Shown here piece after piece: positions 49,303 to 59,003 of a stretch of 64,000 bases of DNA. Location of the stretch: NCBI GenBank assembly GCA_963824495.1, contig CAWGPQ010000011.1, positions 64,001-128,000 on the forward strand. The letters run 5' to 3'. Position 1 is the first letter of the stretch; each line of letters begins with the position of its first letter. This stretch comes from an uncultured bacterium. Lineage in GTDB: Bacteria; Babelota; Babeliae; Babelales; Babelaceae. The notes below the pieces were generated by a model. That model did no database searches. It was not told the DNA's origin and saw nothing but the letters and a program-made list of their open reading frames with translations. Both the position numbers and the translations under genes were made by a program.

Positions 49303-50721
49303 ATGAACACCAAACTTCCTGACATTAAAAAAGAATTTTCAGACTGGTATCAAGAAGTAGTCTATCAAGCAGAATTGGCTGATTTGGCTCCTATTCGCGG
49401 ATGCATCGTAATTCGTCCCTACGGTTACGCTCTCTGGGAAAATATCCAAAAAATCTTGGATACTAAGATTAAAGAAACTGGGCATCACAATGCTGCATTC
49501 CCTCTGCTTATCCCACAGTCGTTCTTACAGAAAGAAGCTGATCATATTGAAGGCTTTGCTCCTGAACTTGCTATTGTAACCTATGCAGGCGGTAAAGAGC
49601 TTGAAGAGCCTTTAGTTGTGCGTCCAACATCAGAAACAATTATTCACTATATGTTTGCCCGTTGGCTTACCTCATGGCGTGATCTGCCAATAAAAGTTAA
49701 CCAATGGTGTAGCGTTGTGCGCTGGGAAATGCGTACGCGTCCATTTTTACGCACAACAGAATTTTGGTGGCAGGAGGGACATACAGCACATGAGACACGT
49801 GAAGAAGCTGAAGCTGAAGCACGACTTATGCATGCAGAGTATGTCGATTTGATGGAAAACTATCTTGCTATCCCTGTCGTTGCTGGAGCCAAACCGGAGA
49901 GTGAACGATTTGCTGGTGCTGATGTTACCCTAACACTGGAAGGCCTTATGCAGGATGGCCGAGCGCTTCAAATGGGCACATCGCACATGATTTCCCAAAA
50001 CTTTGCAAAGGCGTTTAATATGACGTTTCAAGATCGCCAGGGTGGTATGGCCTATCCCTACTTGACGAGTTGGGCTGTGACAACACGTCTTATTGGTGCC
50101 ATTATTATGGTACACGGCGACCAGCGGGGTCTTGTTTTGCCTCCACGTATAGCACCAATTCAGCTTGTGATAGTACCTATCTTTAAAGCTGACTCTCGCG
50201 ATACTGTTATGGCATATGTTCAACAAGTTGTTCAACAACTTGATAACACTATTCGTGTGCATATCGATAGCGATGAGCATCTTACGCCAGGAGCTAAATT
50301 TTACAAATGGGAACTTAAAGGGATACCACTTCGCTTAGAAATTGGTCCACGCGAGGTACAAAACAACGAAGTTATTGTTACTGATCGCTTGCGCCTTGCA
50401 CAATCAGCATGTCCGCTATCGGCTCTTAATGATTGCGTTAAAGATCGTCTTGAAGCGTTTCAAAAAATACTGTACCAGCGCGCACTTGATTATCGTACCG
50501 CTTCATGGCACAAGAGAGAAAAACTTGCTGATTTTCAGGAAGATCTTGAAACTAAGGGCGGCTTTTATCAAACAGGCTGGTGCCGACGACCAGAATGTGA
50601 AGCACGTGTTAAAGCTCTTAAAGCAACAATACGATCTGTGCTAGATGAACACGTCTTTAAGACCTGCTTTAATTGTGATCTTGAAAGCCCAAGCGATGTC
50701 TTAATCGCTAAAGCTTACTAG
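49303..50721 (+). CDS. proS: Proline--tRNA ligase, archaeal/eukaryotic type
   Basis: RPTSET, VVRWEMRTRPFLRTTEFWWQEGHT, QMGTSH, C-terminal AKAY. Confidence 0.96.
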   Translation: MNTKLPDIKKEFSDWYQEVVYQAELADLAPIRGCIVIRPYGYALWENIQKILDTKIKETGHHNAAFPLLIPQSFLQKEADHIEGFAPELAIVTYAGGKELEEPLVVRPTSETIIHYMFARWLTSWRDLPIKVNQWCSVVRWEMRTRPFLRTTEFWWQEGHTAHETREEAEAEARLMHAEYVDLMENYLAIPVVAGAKPESERFAGADVTLTLEGLMQDGRALQMGTSHMISQNFAKAFNMTFQDRQGGMAYPYLTSWAVTTRLIGAIIMVHGDQRGLVLPPRIAPIQLVIVPIFKADSRDTVMAYVQQVVQQLDNTIRVHIDSDEHLTPGAKFYKWELKGIPLRLEIGPREVQNNEVIVTDRLRLAQSACPLSALNDCVKDRLEAFQKILYQRALDYRTASWHKREKLADFQEDLETKGGFYQTGWCRRPECEARVKALKATIRSVLDEHVFKTCFNCDLESPSDVLIAKAY

Positions 50722-50880
50722 AGAGAATCGTGATTGCTTTATGGCTTTCCCTTTTTTCTTCGATAGCTGATTTTAACTCTTCAAGTTTCTTAAGATTAGT
50801 GCCTGTCTCATAGGAATATTTTACGGCAAAGGCAAACGAAGGAATAGCAGCACCAAGGGCACCTAATGAAATCACCTTGG
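50709..50880 (-). pseudogene. 3' remnant resembling the C-terminus of 52026-52835
   Basis: Manual translation ISLGALGAAIPSFAFAVKYSYETGTNLKKLEELKSAIEEK vs CAILLPVFAFKSYYDNH....LEELEKLQAAINNQ. Confidence 0.45.
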
Positions 50881-51136
50881 CTATAGTGGCTCCTTTTCTA
50901 GAGGTATTACTGCAGTATTATCAAGTGCTTGTGTTGCAAATAGAAGGCATGCAAAAATATCTTCTTTTGTTAGGTTATTAGATTCCTCTAAAATGTCAGC
51001 TATCGTCATACCTTGCTCAAAAAGTCCTAGAATATATTGAACAGTTAAGCGTATACCTGTTATGACTGGCTTACCGGTCATAACATGGGGGATCTATGAT
51101 AATCCGCTTAAGGAGCGCTAGTCTACCTATCGCCAT
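50881..51136 (-). pseudogene. DUF433-family antitoxin-like gene, frameshifted, no partner toxin seen
   Basis: LLKRIIIDP, frameshift in the G5 run at 51087-51091, then VMTGKPVITGIRLTV..IL.....GMT...IL....LTKEDI.ACL.FA. Confidence 0.8.
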
Positions 51137-51232
51137 ACAAAAACTTTCGGCTTAAAAAAAACATACAAGGCTGCTATCTCTTGAAGTATAGCACAAACAT
51201 TAATCAGATTGAAAATAAACTATAGAATAAAC

Positions 51233-52006
51233 CTATTCCTGCTTGCTTGCTAGAGCAGTATTATTAAGCGCTTGCGCCGTTTCAAGTGTCTTTAGTTTTC
51301 TAGTAAGTAATTCCTTAAAAAACTCCAGCATCTGTGCTTCATCCCTGTGTGTAAGATATGACACGAGCGCATCATTAATTTGAAAAATTGCATTTGCTGT
51401 AAAATAACCAGATGCCACAAGAGCGACAAGAATCTGGGTATAGAGCATTGCAGTGAATCTCCATGGTTCCATGGCAAAGCCAGGGCCTAGTATGTAATTA
51501 TTTTGATTAGATGCAATTCCAAAAGCAAGTCGATTAAAAAGCCTAGCACTTGGCCTGGAAACAGTAACAACTGGTAAACTAGCGGCACTTTGCACAGTTT
51601 TAATATAAGAAAAGAGTTTATAGGCAGAAAAACCAGAAACGATAGCAACTGGTATACATTCCAGGAAAGAGCTAACACTTTTGGAATTAATAAGATTAAT
51701 TTTCTCATGTACGAGATCTATGTAGTACTTACACCGATCAGCGGAAGCACAATGATCGATGTAATCGTGTGCTTGCATATAGTCATGGCTTTCTAACGCC
51801 TTACTTAAGGTGTCAGCATGAGCATTGGAAATCGGCTTATCTTTATCAGCAAATATTTCAAGAAGATATCCATCAAGTTCTTCTTCGGTAAACTCACTAA
51901 ATTCTTTATCGGGTACTTGGATAATCTCTTTTTCGGGTAGATCTGAATTACCCAGAAGATGAAACGTTGCCGCCAGCACAATACATGGTATAAGTTTACT
52001 GTTCAT
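51233..52006 (-). CDS. Hypothetical secreted/membrane protein
   Basis: AGGAG RBS; signal peptide, two hydrophobic segments, C-terminal coiled coil. Confidence 0.7.
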   Translation of the reverse strand: MNSKLIPCIVLAATFHLLGNSDLPEKEIIQVPDKEFSEFTEEELDGYLLEIFADKDKPISNAHADTLSKALESHDYMQAHDYIDHCASADRCKYYIDLVHEKINLINSKSVSSFLECIPVAIVSGFSAYKLFSYIKTVQSAASLPVVTVSRPSARLFNRLAFGIASNQNNYILGPGFAMEPWRFTAMLYTQILVALVASGYFTANAIFQINDALVSYLTHRDEAQMLEFFKELLTRKLKTLETAQALNNTALASKQE

Positions 52007-52025
52007 TAAATGCTCCTAAAGCTAG

Positions 52026-52835
52026 TTATGAGATAGCAAGCGTGGCTATTTGATTGTTGATAGCTGCTTGTAACTTCTCAAGCTCCTCAAGTTCCTGAGT
52101 TACTTGAATGTGATTATCATAGTAAGATTTAAATGCAAAAACAGGCAAAAGAATGGCACAACTAAGACTTGCTAACAATATTACACGCGCCTTTTTAATC
52201 ACATCTTGATGTCGAGATATTAATTCCGCTGCCCTACTGGCCTCTTCTGCCATGGCGACTTGTAAGGCTTGGTATTTCCGTGTATGTGCTAAGGCGTGCA
52301 GTGATGCTAATCCTATTGTTGCTGTTTGAAGCCTCTTACTTAGACATTCTTTTAGGCCATGTTCTTGTGTAAGTGGATAAATAAGGTAGGCGACCCCTGC
52401 TCCTAAAGATGCAAAAAAAGCTGGTATAGCAGCAAAAGATATCAAACTATCTTGAGACATGATGGCCTTCACCTCTTCATCAATGAGATCCTTATAGTAC
52501 TCGTATTCTTCTTGAGAATGTCGGTATGTAACGATGTGATGTGCTAGTGTATAGTTTTTTTGAACTAGAGCACCACCAAACAAAAGAAGTTTTTTTAAGA
52601 AACTAAAATTTTCATCTGCTTTTTCATTCAAAAGGCGAAAGTAATGCTCCATCTGTTCTTTAGGACGAAGGTGAAGATGTTTGAAGAACTCATACGCTTG
52701 CTTATAGTTCTTTTTTTGAACAGTTTCGATCAGCCAAGCGTCTTCAGCGCTATAATCTGCATGAGAGCTACAGATAACTTGAAGCTGTGGTAGTATCGTT
52801 GATATGAAAGTAAGCACTATGACTATAGTACGCAC
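52026..52835 (-). CDS. Hypothetical secreted/membrane protein, distant paralog of 51233-52006
   Basis: AGGAG RBS; shared AL....Y..AH..I....S.....YY.DL..E motif. Confidence 0.7.
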   Translation of the reverse strand: MRTIVIVLTFISTILPQLQVICSSHADYSAEDAWLIETVQKKNYKQAYEFFKHLHLRPKEQMEHYFRLLNEKADENFSFLKKLLLFGGALVQKNYTLAHHIVTYRHSQEEYEYYKDLIDEEVKAIMSQDSLISFAAIPAFFASLGAGVAYLIYPLTQEHGLKECLSKRLQTATIGLASLHALAHTRKYQALQVAMAEEASRAAELISRHQDVIKKARVILLASLSCAILLPVFAFKSYYDNHIQVTQELEELEKLQAAINNQIATLAIS

Positions 52836-52901
52836 TATAAGCTCCTATTTTAATAAGAAATTATTTTCTGTAATGGTTCTTTAAATCTATGATGAAATCT
52901 A

Positions 52902-53543
52902 TCACGGTATAGTACCAAATTTAAGCTCAAGCTTTTCTTTACATGAGTCTTTTATTCTACGCTCTATTGCTGTTCCATAAGGTAGCTGCTTGTAAAGTAC
53001 TATAAGATCTTCTCGAGCATTCACATCTGTAGGCTCGGCGTTTTTGAGCATACGTGCAAACTTCTTGAAAAGAACTGCTGTAGCTCGGGGTGAAGGCTCA
53101 GGAGATTCAACTGGAAATTTAACTGGTGTTTGATCAAGCACTATAGCTGACTCTAAATCAGGTTCACTATGCTTAACCTCCGGATTGCTTGTATGAGAAA
53201 TATCTGCTAAAAGTTGCTCAACTTGGCTTTTTAGTAAATACGTCCCACCACCTAAGTAGAGAGTACCCATAAGTTTAGGAGCGGAGCGCTGCAGTCGCGT
53301 CCTGTACGCACTATTTACTAGAATTTCTAATCCGATCTCAATAAAAACTGAAGCCAGGTACATTTTTATGAAATCATAAGCAAAGGAGAGAATAGTGTTT
53401 TTATCTACTTTAATTTCAAGTGATACACCCAGTGTCTCGTTATCTAAGCTTGAATTCAATGAATCTGTAGCATTTAGAGCATCTGATGCACAAGTGCTAT
53501 TGAACACGAATATGCTTACCGCTACCATAAATACTTTTCTCAT
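52902..53543 (-). CDS. Hypothetical secreted/membrane protein
   Basis: 213-aa ORF with signal peptide. Confidence 0.65.
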   Translation of the reverse strand: MRKVFMVAVSIFVFNSTCASDALNATDSLNSSLDNETLGVSLEIKVDKNTILSFAYDFIKMYLASVFIEIGLEILVNSAYRTRLQRSAPKLMGTLYLGGGTYLLKSQVEQLLADISHTSNPEVKHSEPDLESAIVLDQTPVKFPVESPEPSPRATAVLFKKFARMLKNAEPTDVNAREDLIVLYKQLPYGTAIERRIKDSCKEKLELKFGTIP

Positions 53544-53722
53544 AAGATCGCTCTGCCTATCTGTAATGTTCTAATTTTTATTAAGTATAAGTTATTAAGC
53601 AAATTTTTCAAATGGTGATTATGTCTCCGTAGCACTTCTGTGCAAAAAAGTTTGGTTACAAGTATCATAATTAGTGCTATACTAACAGCCTAAATAATTA
53701 ACCCATTTTCTTGCTAGTAGCT

Positions 53723-54844
53723 ATGGAAAAAAAATTTACGGTCGATCAAAAGTCTCTCTTTAACCTCTTATCGTCGATGCAGCCTATTTGCACCAAGAGA
53801 ACAACCCTTGATGCAACAACGTCAATACTATTTCAAGCAAGTTATAGAGAATTAGTGTTAAAGAGCACTGATCTTGAAATTAGCTTACAGGCGAGCTGTT
53901 CTATTAACGAAAGTACGCTTGTTAACTCAGAATCATTTTTGGTTATGGGTCGACGTATTTTTGATATTGTCAAAGAACTTGAAGGTCCTATTACCTGTAC
54001 GCTCACGCAGAGCCAGTTCGCTCTTCGTGCCAATGGTGTTCATGTAACGCTTAATAATAAAGATGCTCAAGAATTTCCACCGTTTCCTGAGCGCATTGAG
54101 AACCTTATGCAAATCAATGCTGCAACATTACGTACTATGCTTGAAAGCGTTGCATTTCTTATTCCCCAAAATAACGCTAACCCTGCGCTTAATGGTCTAT
54201 TGCTCGAGGTATCGCCAACGCAGCTGACAATGACCACTACTGATGGTCACTGTCTCGCTCAAGTGAGCTCAGATAAGTATACGCTCGCCCAACCTCGTAC
54301 ATGGCTGTTACCAAGACGAGCAATATTTGAGCTTAAAAAAATACTTGACTCATCTCAAGATAAGCTTGTATTTTTAGGAGTATGCGGAAGCCAAGTTGTT
54401 TTTTCAGGTGAGCTGTTTAATTTTTTCACTAAAATACTTGGTGATCCTTTCCCTCAGTATCGCCCTATTATGGATAAAACGTCGTTTGTGCCAGCATCGG
54501 TTGATCGTGCACGCTTTATTAAGACGTTGCGGCGATCGGCATGCTTGCTCTCAGGACAGTTTTTGGCAACCAAGTTTGGATTTGCCCCTCATGTTGTACA
54601 CGTTGCTATGCACAATAAAGAAGTTGGCAGACTCGATGAAGAGCTTCCCATTCAAGGTCTTGAAGGCCTTTCACTTGATATACGTTTTTATGCTCCTTAT
54701 CTGCTTAATGGGCTACAGGCCTTTACGCAGGATACTATAACGTTTTTTTTGAAAAATACCGCAAAACCAATAATTTTTGAGGCTCGTACTCCCGATATTC
54801 ATATTACGTATCTTGTTATGCCTGTCTCTTCGGCAACAGTATGA
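53723..54844 (+). CDS. dnaN: DNA polymerase III beta sliding clamp
   Basis: STDLEISL, EFPPFP, LNGLLLE, TTDGHCLA, FPQY, YLVMPV; upstream of recF. Confidence 0.95.
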   Translation: MEKKFTVDQKSLFNLLSSMQPICTKRTTLDATTSILFQASYRELVLKSTDLEISLQASCSINESTLVNSESFLVMGRRIFDIVKELEGPITCTLTQSQFALRANGVHVTLNNKDAQEFPPFPERIENLMQINAATLRTMLESVAFLIPQNNANPALNGLLLEVSPTQLTMTTTDGHCLAQVSSDKYTLAQPRTWLLPRRAIFELKKILDSSQDKLVFLGVCGSQVVFSGELFNFFTKILGDPFPQYRPIMDKTSFVPASVDRARFIKTLRRSACLLSGQFLATKFGFAPHVVHVAMHNKEVGRLDEELPIQGLEGLSLDIRFYAPYLLNGLQAFTQDTITFFLKNTAKPIIFEARTPDIHITYLVMPVSSATV

Positions 54845-54945
54845 AAGAGCACGAAAGAGCATACAAGAACTGCAAGCGCCCTCGTTAAATTTGTGCTATA
54901 CTCAAAAAAGTATGGGGGACTTTTCTTAGATCAGGGCGTGCGCTT

Positions 54946-56025
54946 ATGTATATACAATCACTTCGTCTTGATAATTTCCGGTGCTTTTCCAGTATAGAGC
55001 TTAATTTTACTCATCCTATTACTCTTATTGAAGGACGTAATGGGTCCGGCAAAACGTCACTTCTTGAAGCACTTTATTATGCCTGTTATCTTCGTTCATT
55101 TCGAACACGTAGTCCACGTGAACTTCTCGCCTTCGGTCATACTACATTTTTTATTAAAACGATAGTTCAGGGCCTGACCGATCTGGATTCACTTTCTGAA
55201 ATAACTATTGGGTTTTCTGAAAGAAAGCGCCAGGTAAAGGTTAATGGAAGTTCGATTGAAACCTATAAACAATTGCTTGAGCTTTATCGTATTATGAGCA
55301 TCACTGAAGATGACCTCTTGTTGATTAAGGGCGCTCCCACCGAAAGAAGAGCCTTTCTCGACCATGGTCTCATTCTGAGTAATCCTTCTTATGCCTCTCT
55401 GTTGCGGCGTTATTATCACATTCTTGAGCAGCGCAATGCTCTTCTTTCACACGTTACACGGTATGATCCTCTTGCTTATGATGTTTGGTCTCAGCAGCTC
55501 TGGGAGGCTTCGTTTTCAATTCAAGCTTTACGTAAGGTCTTTCTAGAAAAGCTTGAGCAGCGCACCAATGAACTGTTAGGTCTCTTTTTCGCTACAGCTC
55601 CCGTGTTATTAACCTACGAATCACGGCGATCTAGTTTGGGCAACTCTTATGATGAGTTTGTTATGCTTAATCCTGTTTTACGTAATCAAGAACAACTGTA
55701 TAAGCGATCATTGTTTGGCGCCCACTTGGATGATGTAAGCGTAACCTTTCACGAAAAAAACTCGCGCACCTACTCCTCTCGTGGACAACAAAAGCTTCTC
55801 GTTCTTCTCCTTAAGCTTGCCCAGCCAGCCCTTTTGGCTACAGGATCAGTTACCCTCTTGCTTGATGATATAATAACTGATCTTGATGAGTCTATTCTTC
55901 AATGTCTCATTACGCTCTTGTGCTCATTTAATACTCAGATTATTTTTACTTCTCCTCTCGCCCAAGGCACCCTTGGTCGCCATCTAGCTGCCCATCAACA
56001 TCAACGTATAAGCTTATTCCCCTGA
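54946..56025 (+). CDS. recF: DNA replication and repair protein RecF
   Basis: NFR, GRNGSGKTSLLEA, RSFR, ERRAFLD, GAHLDD, SRGQQK, LLLDD. Confidence 0.95.
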   Translation: MYIQSLRLDNFRCFSSIELNFTHPITLIEGRNGSGKTSLLEALYYACYLRSFRTRSPRELLAFGHTTFFIKTIVQGLTDLDSLSEITIGFSERKRQVKVNGSSIETYKQLLELYRIMSITEDDLLLIKGAPTERRAFLDHGLILSNPSYASLLRRYYHILEQRNALLSHVTRYDPLAYDVWSQQLWEASFSIQALRKVFLEKLEQRTNELLGLFFATAPVLLTYESRRSSLGNSYDEFVMLNPVLRNQEQLYKRSLFGAHLDDVSVTFHEKNSRTYSSRGQQKLLVLLLKLAQPALLATGSVTLLLDDIITDLDESILQCLITLLCSFNTQIIFTSPLAQGTLGRHLAAHQHQRISLFP

Positions 56026-56066
56026 AATAAGTGTAGGCTTAATAAGCTTTCATTGTTTTAATGTTG

Positions 56067-56094
56067 TTGACAAACATAAAAAATTTGGTATGAT
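56067..56094 (+). promoter_or_regulatory. Sigma70 promoter P1
   Basis: TTGACA-16 nt-TATGAT with TGn. Confidence 0.6.
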
Positions 56095-56153
56095 TGTTAG
56101 TAACTAAGGTAAAAATACTTACGACGTATCAATAAGATTATAAAAAATATAAT

Positions 56154-56182
56154 TTGACATTCACGAATTTTTCTTCTACCTT
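56154..56182 (+). promoter_or_regulatory. Sigma70 promoter P2
   Basis: TTGACA-17 nt-TACCTT. Confidence 0.55.
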
Positions 56183-56188
56183 AGAAGT

Positions 56189-56284
56189 AGGTTAGATGTT
56201 AAAGTTTAACCTCCAGTTAATCTAGGCTTCATTACTACTCTCCTTTTTTCCATCGCATTGAGTAACATCAATGCGATGGTTTTT
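56189..56284 (+). ncRNA. Candidate small RNA or attenuating leader
   Basis: Lies between promoter P2 and a strong terminator; no credible ORF; CU-rich ACTCTCCTTTT. Confidence 0.4.
56250..56284 (+). terminator. Intrinsic terminator
   Basis: Perfect 12-bp stem CCATCGCATTGA/TCAATGCGATGG followed by T5. Confidence 0.85.
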
Positions 56285-56335
56285 ATGCAGTGTACATACT
56301 TGCTTTTTATGCATGAGATCGCTTAGAATTATTCT

Positions 56336-57865
56336 ATGGCTCATCTCTATTATAAAATTTTAGCACTACTGCTTATACTCCCTACACCAAGTGCTTGCTT
56401 AACCCTTGATAATTTCACTAGTTCTTTAGACACACTTACTGTGCTCAAGAGTGAATCAAGGCCTTCTACCCCACTTTTGCGTGCCGCCCAAGATAAATTT
56501 TTCTGGCATTACTCATTTCCAACAGTTGGCCTCTATAAAGATCCCCAATTTTTCCCCCCTGCCTATCCTTTTATGCCCCATTGCTTTACTCTTTGGCAAC
56601 TTGCGCCCCGTAAAGGAGCAGGTATTAAAATTGCTCTGATAGATACAGGTGTAGATACGCACGTTTATCAGCATCGCAATCTTCTCTTAGCAGATTTCTC
56701 TCCTGCGAGCAATCATACCGATACGTATAGCTTAACGTACTGCTCAGCCCACGGTAATCATAGCGCTGGGCTCATCGCTGGGCAATCTCTTACAGGTGTT
56801 CATGGCATTGCACCAGAAGCAACATTGTTAAATATCAATGCTTTTTCTGATCAAGGCATAAGCACATTACCTCTTTTGAATAAAGCTCTAGCATATGCCT
56901 GCACCTGGAATGCTGATATTGCTAATTTCGGCTTTAAAATAGCTGATCATGTAGAATCAGACTCAGATAAGTACAAAATTTTTGATTATTTTGTACATCG
57001 CATCCCCTATACGGTTGCTGCCGCTGGTAACGATGGCGATAGCACTGCTCCCCGTTACGCAGGCGCTACCCTTGCCTATCCTGCTCGCTGTTCCACTATG
57101 GATTTTACCGTCGGGGCTTTTGATTTTACACATAATTCATGCGTCATACCTGCATTCTCCCAGTACGAGCTAGGAAAAGGACCACGATTTCTTGCTCCCG
57201 GCGTTGATATTATCAGTTATGGTCATAATCCAAATACGTATCTTGTTATGAAAGGCACTTCATGTGCTACCGCTCTCATAAGTGGCTTTCTTGCTCTTGT
57301 TTTGGCAGAATTTAAAGAATACTTTACCCATGATCAAATTATGCGTGTTTGCTATAAGGCTTCACTTAAAATGCACAAACATCATGACTGGGATACCCGC
57401 GTAGTTATGGGCGTCCCTGATATGAGAACTGTTCTTTTTATATTGCATGTTCTCCGTTATCTTAATGAACAGATTTCTCATTCTTCTCATCACAAGAAAT
57501 TTCACCAAAAACCTCATTTTGATTATTTACTCGAAGCAGTTGTGTACATACTTTTTGTAATGCCAGAATTATATGGAAGTTATGCCTCTATCACCCATAA
57601 TTTTAGATCAAGCTTTATTGACTATTGGCAAGCCGCCCTTAAAAAACGTCAGCATCTTGATCGTTTTTCACTCGCTATTCCTCCTGCCCTCTCACTTCAG
57701 GACGCCATCAAGCACATAGCACATCCCTTGTTAAAAGCCCTTAAGATTCCTCACGATCTCCCATCTCCTGCATTCACACTGCCAGATCACGCAACCTCTC
57801 CATCCCTCTCCTCGCTTATACGTTCACATCCATCTCGTAATCCTTCTATAAGAGCTTTCCAATAA
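56336..57865 (+). CDS. S8 (subtilisin-like) serine peptidase, secreted
   Basis: IDTG, HGNHSAGLI, AAGN, APGVDI, GTSCAT: full catalytic triad. Confidence 0.9.
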   Translation: MAHLYYKILALLLILPTPSACLTLDNFTSSLDTLTVLKSESRPSTPLLRAAQDKFFWHYSFPTVGLYKDPQFFPPAYPFMPHCFTLWQLAPRKGAGIKIALIDTGVDTHVYQHRNLLLADFSPASNHTDTYSLTYCSAHGNHSAGLIAGQSLTGVHGIAPEATLLNINAFSDQGISTLPLLNKALAYACTWNADIANFGFKIADHVESDSDKYKIFDYFVHRIPYTVAAAGNDGDSTAPRYAGATLAYPARCSTMDFTVGAFDFTHNSCVIPAFSQYELGKGPRFLAPGVDIISYGHNPNTYLVMKGTSCATALISGFLALVLAEFKEYFTHDQIMRVCYKASLKMHKHHDWDTRVVMGVPDMRTVLFILHVLRYLNEQISHSSHHKKFHQKPHFDYLLEAVVYILFVMPELYGSYASITHNFRSSFIDYWQAALKKRQHLDRFSLAIPPALSLQDAIKHIAHPLLKALKIPHDLPSPAFTLPDHATSPSLSSLIRSHPSRNPSIRAFQ

Positions 57866-57906
57866 CCGATTCCCCGCAAGGCGGGGTGAGGCAGGAACAG
57901 CTCTTA

Positions 57907-58344
57907 TTACTGTGTATAGTTATACGTTATAATAGGCAGCTCGAAAGAAATAGCAAACTGAAAAAGCTTTCGCTTAAAATACTTAAACCAGATAGAATTG
58001 ATTAACTCAGGAGTTTCCTCAATCCAAACAAAATCATAATAAAAACGCTCAAGAATAAAAGAATCAAGCGCATAATACATATCAGCAAGAACAATACTGT
58101 CAAAGACACCATACAGAACAAAGTCATGATAAATATTTATAGCGGGGGCATCCAGAATCTCTTCAGAAATAGTCAAGCACCCAACAGTCGAAAAACAATG
58201 TGTCGAACCAAGAAATGTTGCAACAATTGCCCTTCCAACTGCACTATCAGCAACACTAAAATCATGAAAACCACAGGCAAAGAATGCATCAGTTACATAC
58301 AAAATGTCATTTTCAGAAAATAGAGCCATCTCCAAATGTTTCAT
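57907..58344 (-). CDS. Hypothetical protein
   Basis: GAGG RBS; 145-aa ORF. Confidence 0.65.
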   Translation of the reverse strand: MKHLEMALFSENDILYVTDAFFACGFHDFSVADSAVGRAIVATFLGSTHCFSTVGCLTISEEILDAPAINIYHDFVLYGVFDSIVLADMYYALDSFILERFYYDFVWIEETPELINSIWFKYFKRKLFQFAISFELPIITYNYTQ

Positions 58345-58535
58345 ACATACCTCCTCTCCTAAAGAGGATACTTGTTACGTTATTTTGTACAGCTTAGTAT
58401 AACTGTAATATAGAGCTCAATAGTTTATAGAAATTATACAAGACAATCACACCCAATTATGACATGATAAAAAAAGCATGTTGCTAAAAAGCTAGACTGT
58501 GAGCTAGAGCAGAGTCTAGAGCGGAGTATTGAATA

Positions 58536-59003
58536 TCAAGATGCTTTCCATAATCCACATAGCGTTACCGCCAAGGCATCCGTTATATCAAGCTTATGTG
58601 ATAGTATTAAGGGAAAAAGCCTTGTAATAACACGAGCAACTTGCATTTTATCTGCTCCACCAAAGCCAGTTACTGATAACTTAACTTCTCGCGGTGAAAA
58701 TTCATGCATACGCAGATTATAACGTGCAGCTAGTAAATAAAGAATGCCGCGCAAATAGCCAAGCTTCAAGAAATTTTGGGCATTCTTGCCTAAAAATGGC
58801 GTCTCTAACGACAGATCTGTAATATGCCAGTCTTCAATTTTCTTTGAAAAGAAATCATGAAATTGTTTAATTCTTTCAGATAAACTTTGAGCTGGAGAGA
58901 GCATCAAAGCACCATAGTCAAGCAAAAAAGCGGCTGACCGCTCTTTTTTAACAATACCAAATCCCGCAACTCTCAAACCAGGGTCAATACCCAGTATAAT
59001 CAT
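58536..59003 (-). CDS. ruvC: Holliday junction resolvase RuvC
   Basis: ILGIDPG, LETPF, SPREVK, GFGGADKMQV, DITDALAV. Confidence 0.95.
   Translation of the reverse strand: MIILGIDPGLRVAGFGIVKKERSAAFLLDYGALMLSPAQSLSERIKQFHDFFSKKIEDWHITDLSLETPFLGKNAQNFLKLGYLRGILYLLAARYNLRMHEFSPREVKLSVTGFGGADKMQVARVITRLFPLILSHKLDITDALAVTLCGLWKAS

Noticed and set aside
53544..56335. Replication origin near dnaN-recF
   Set aside because: No dnaA gene and no TTATCCACA box cluster seen in the flanking intergenic regions.
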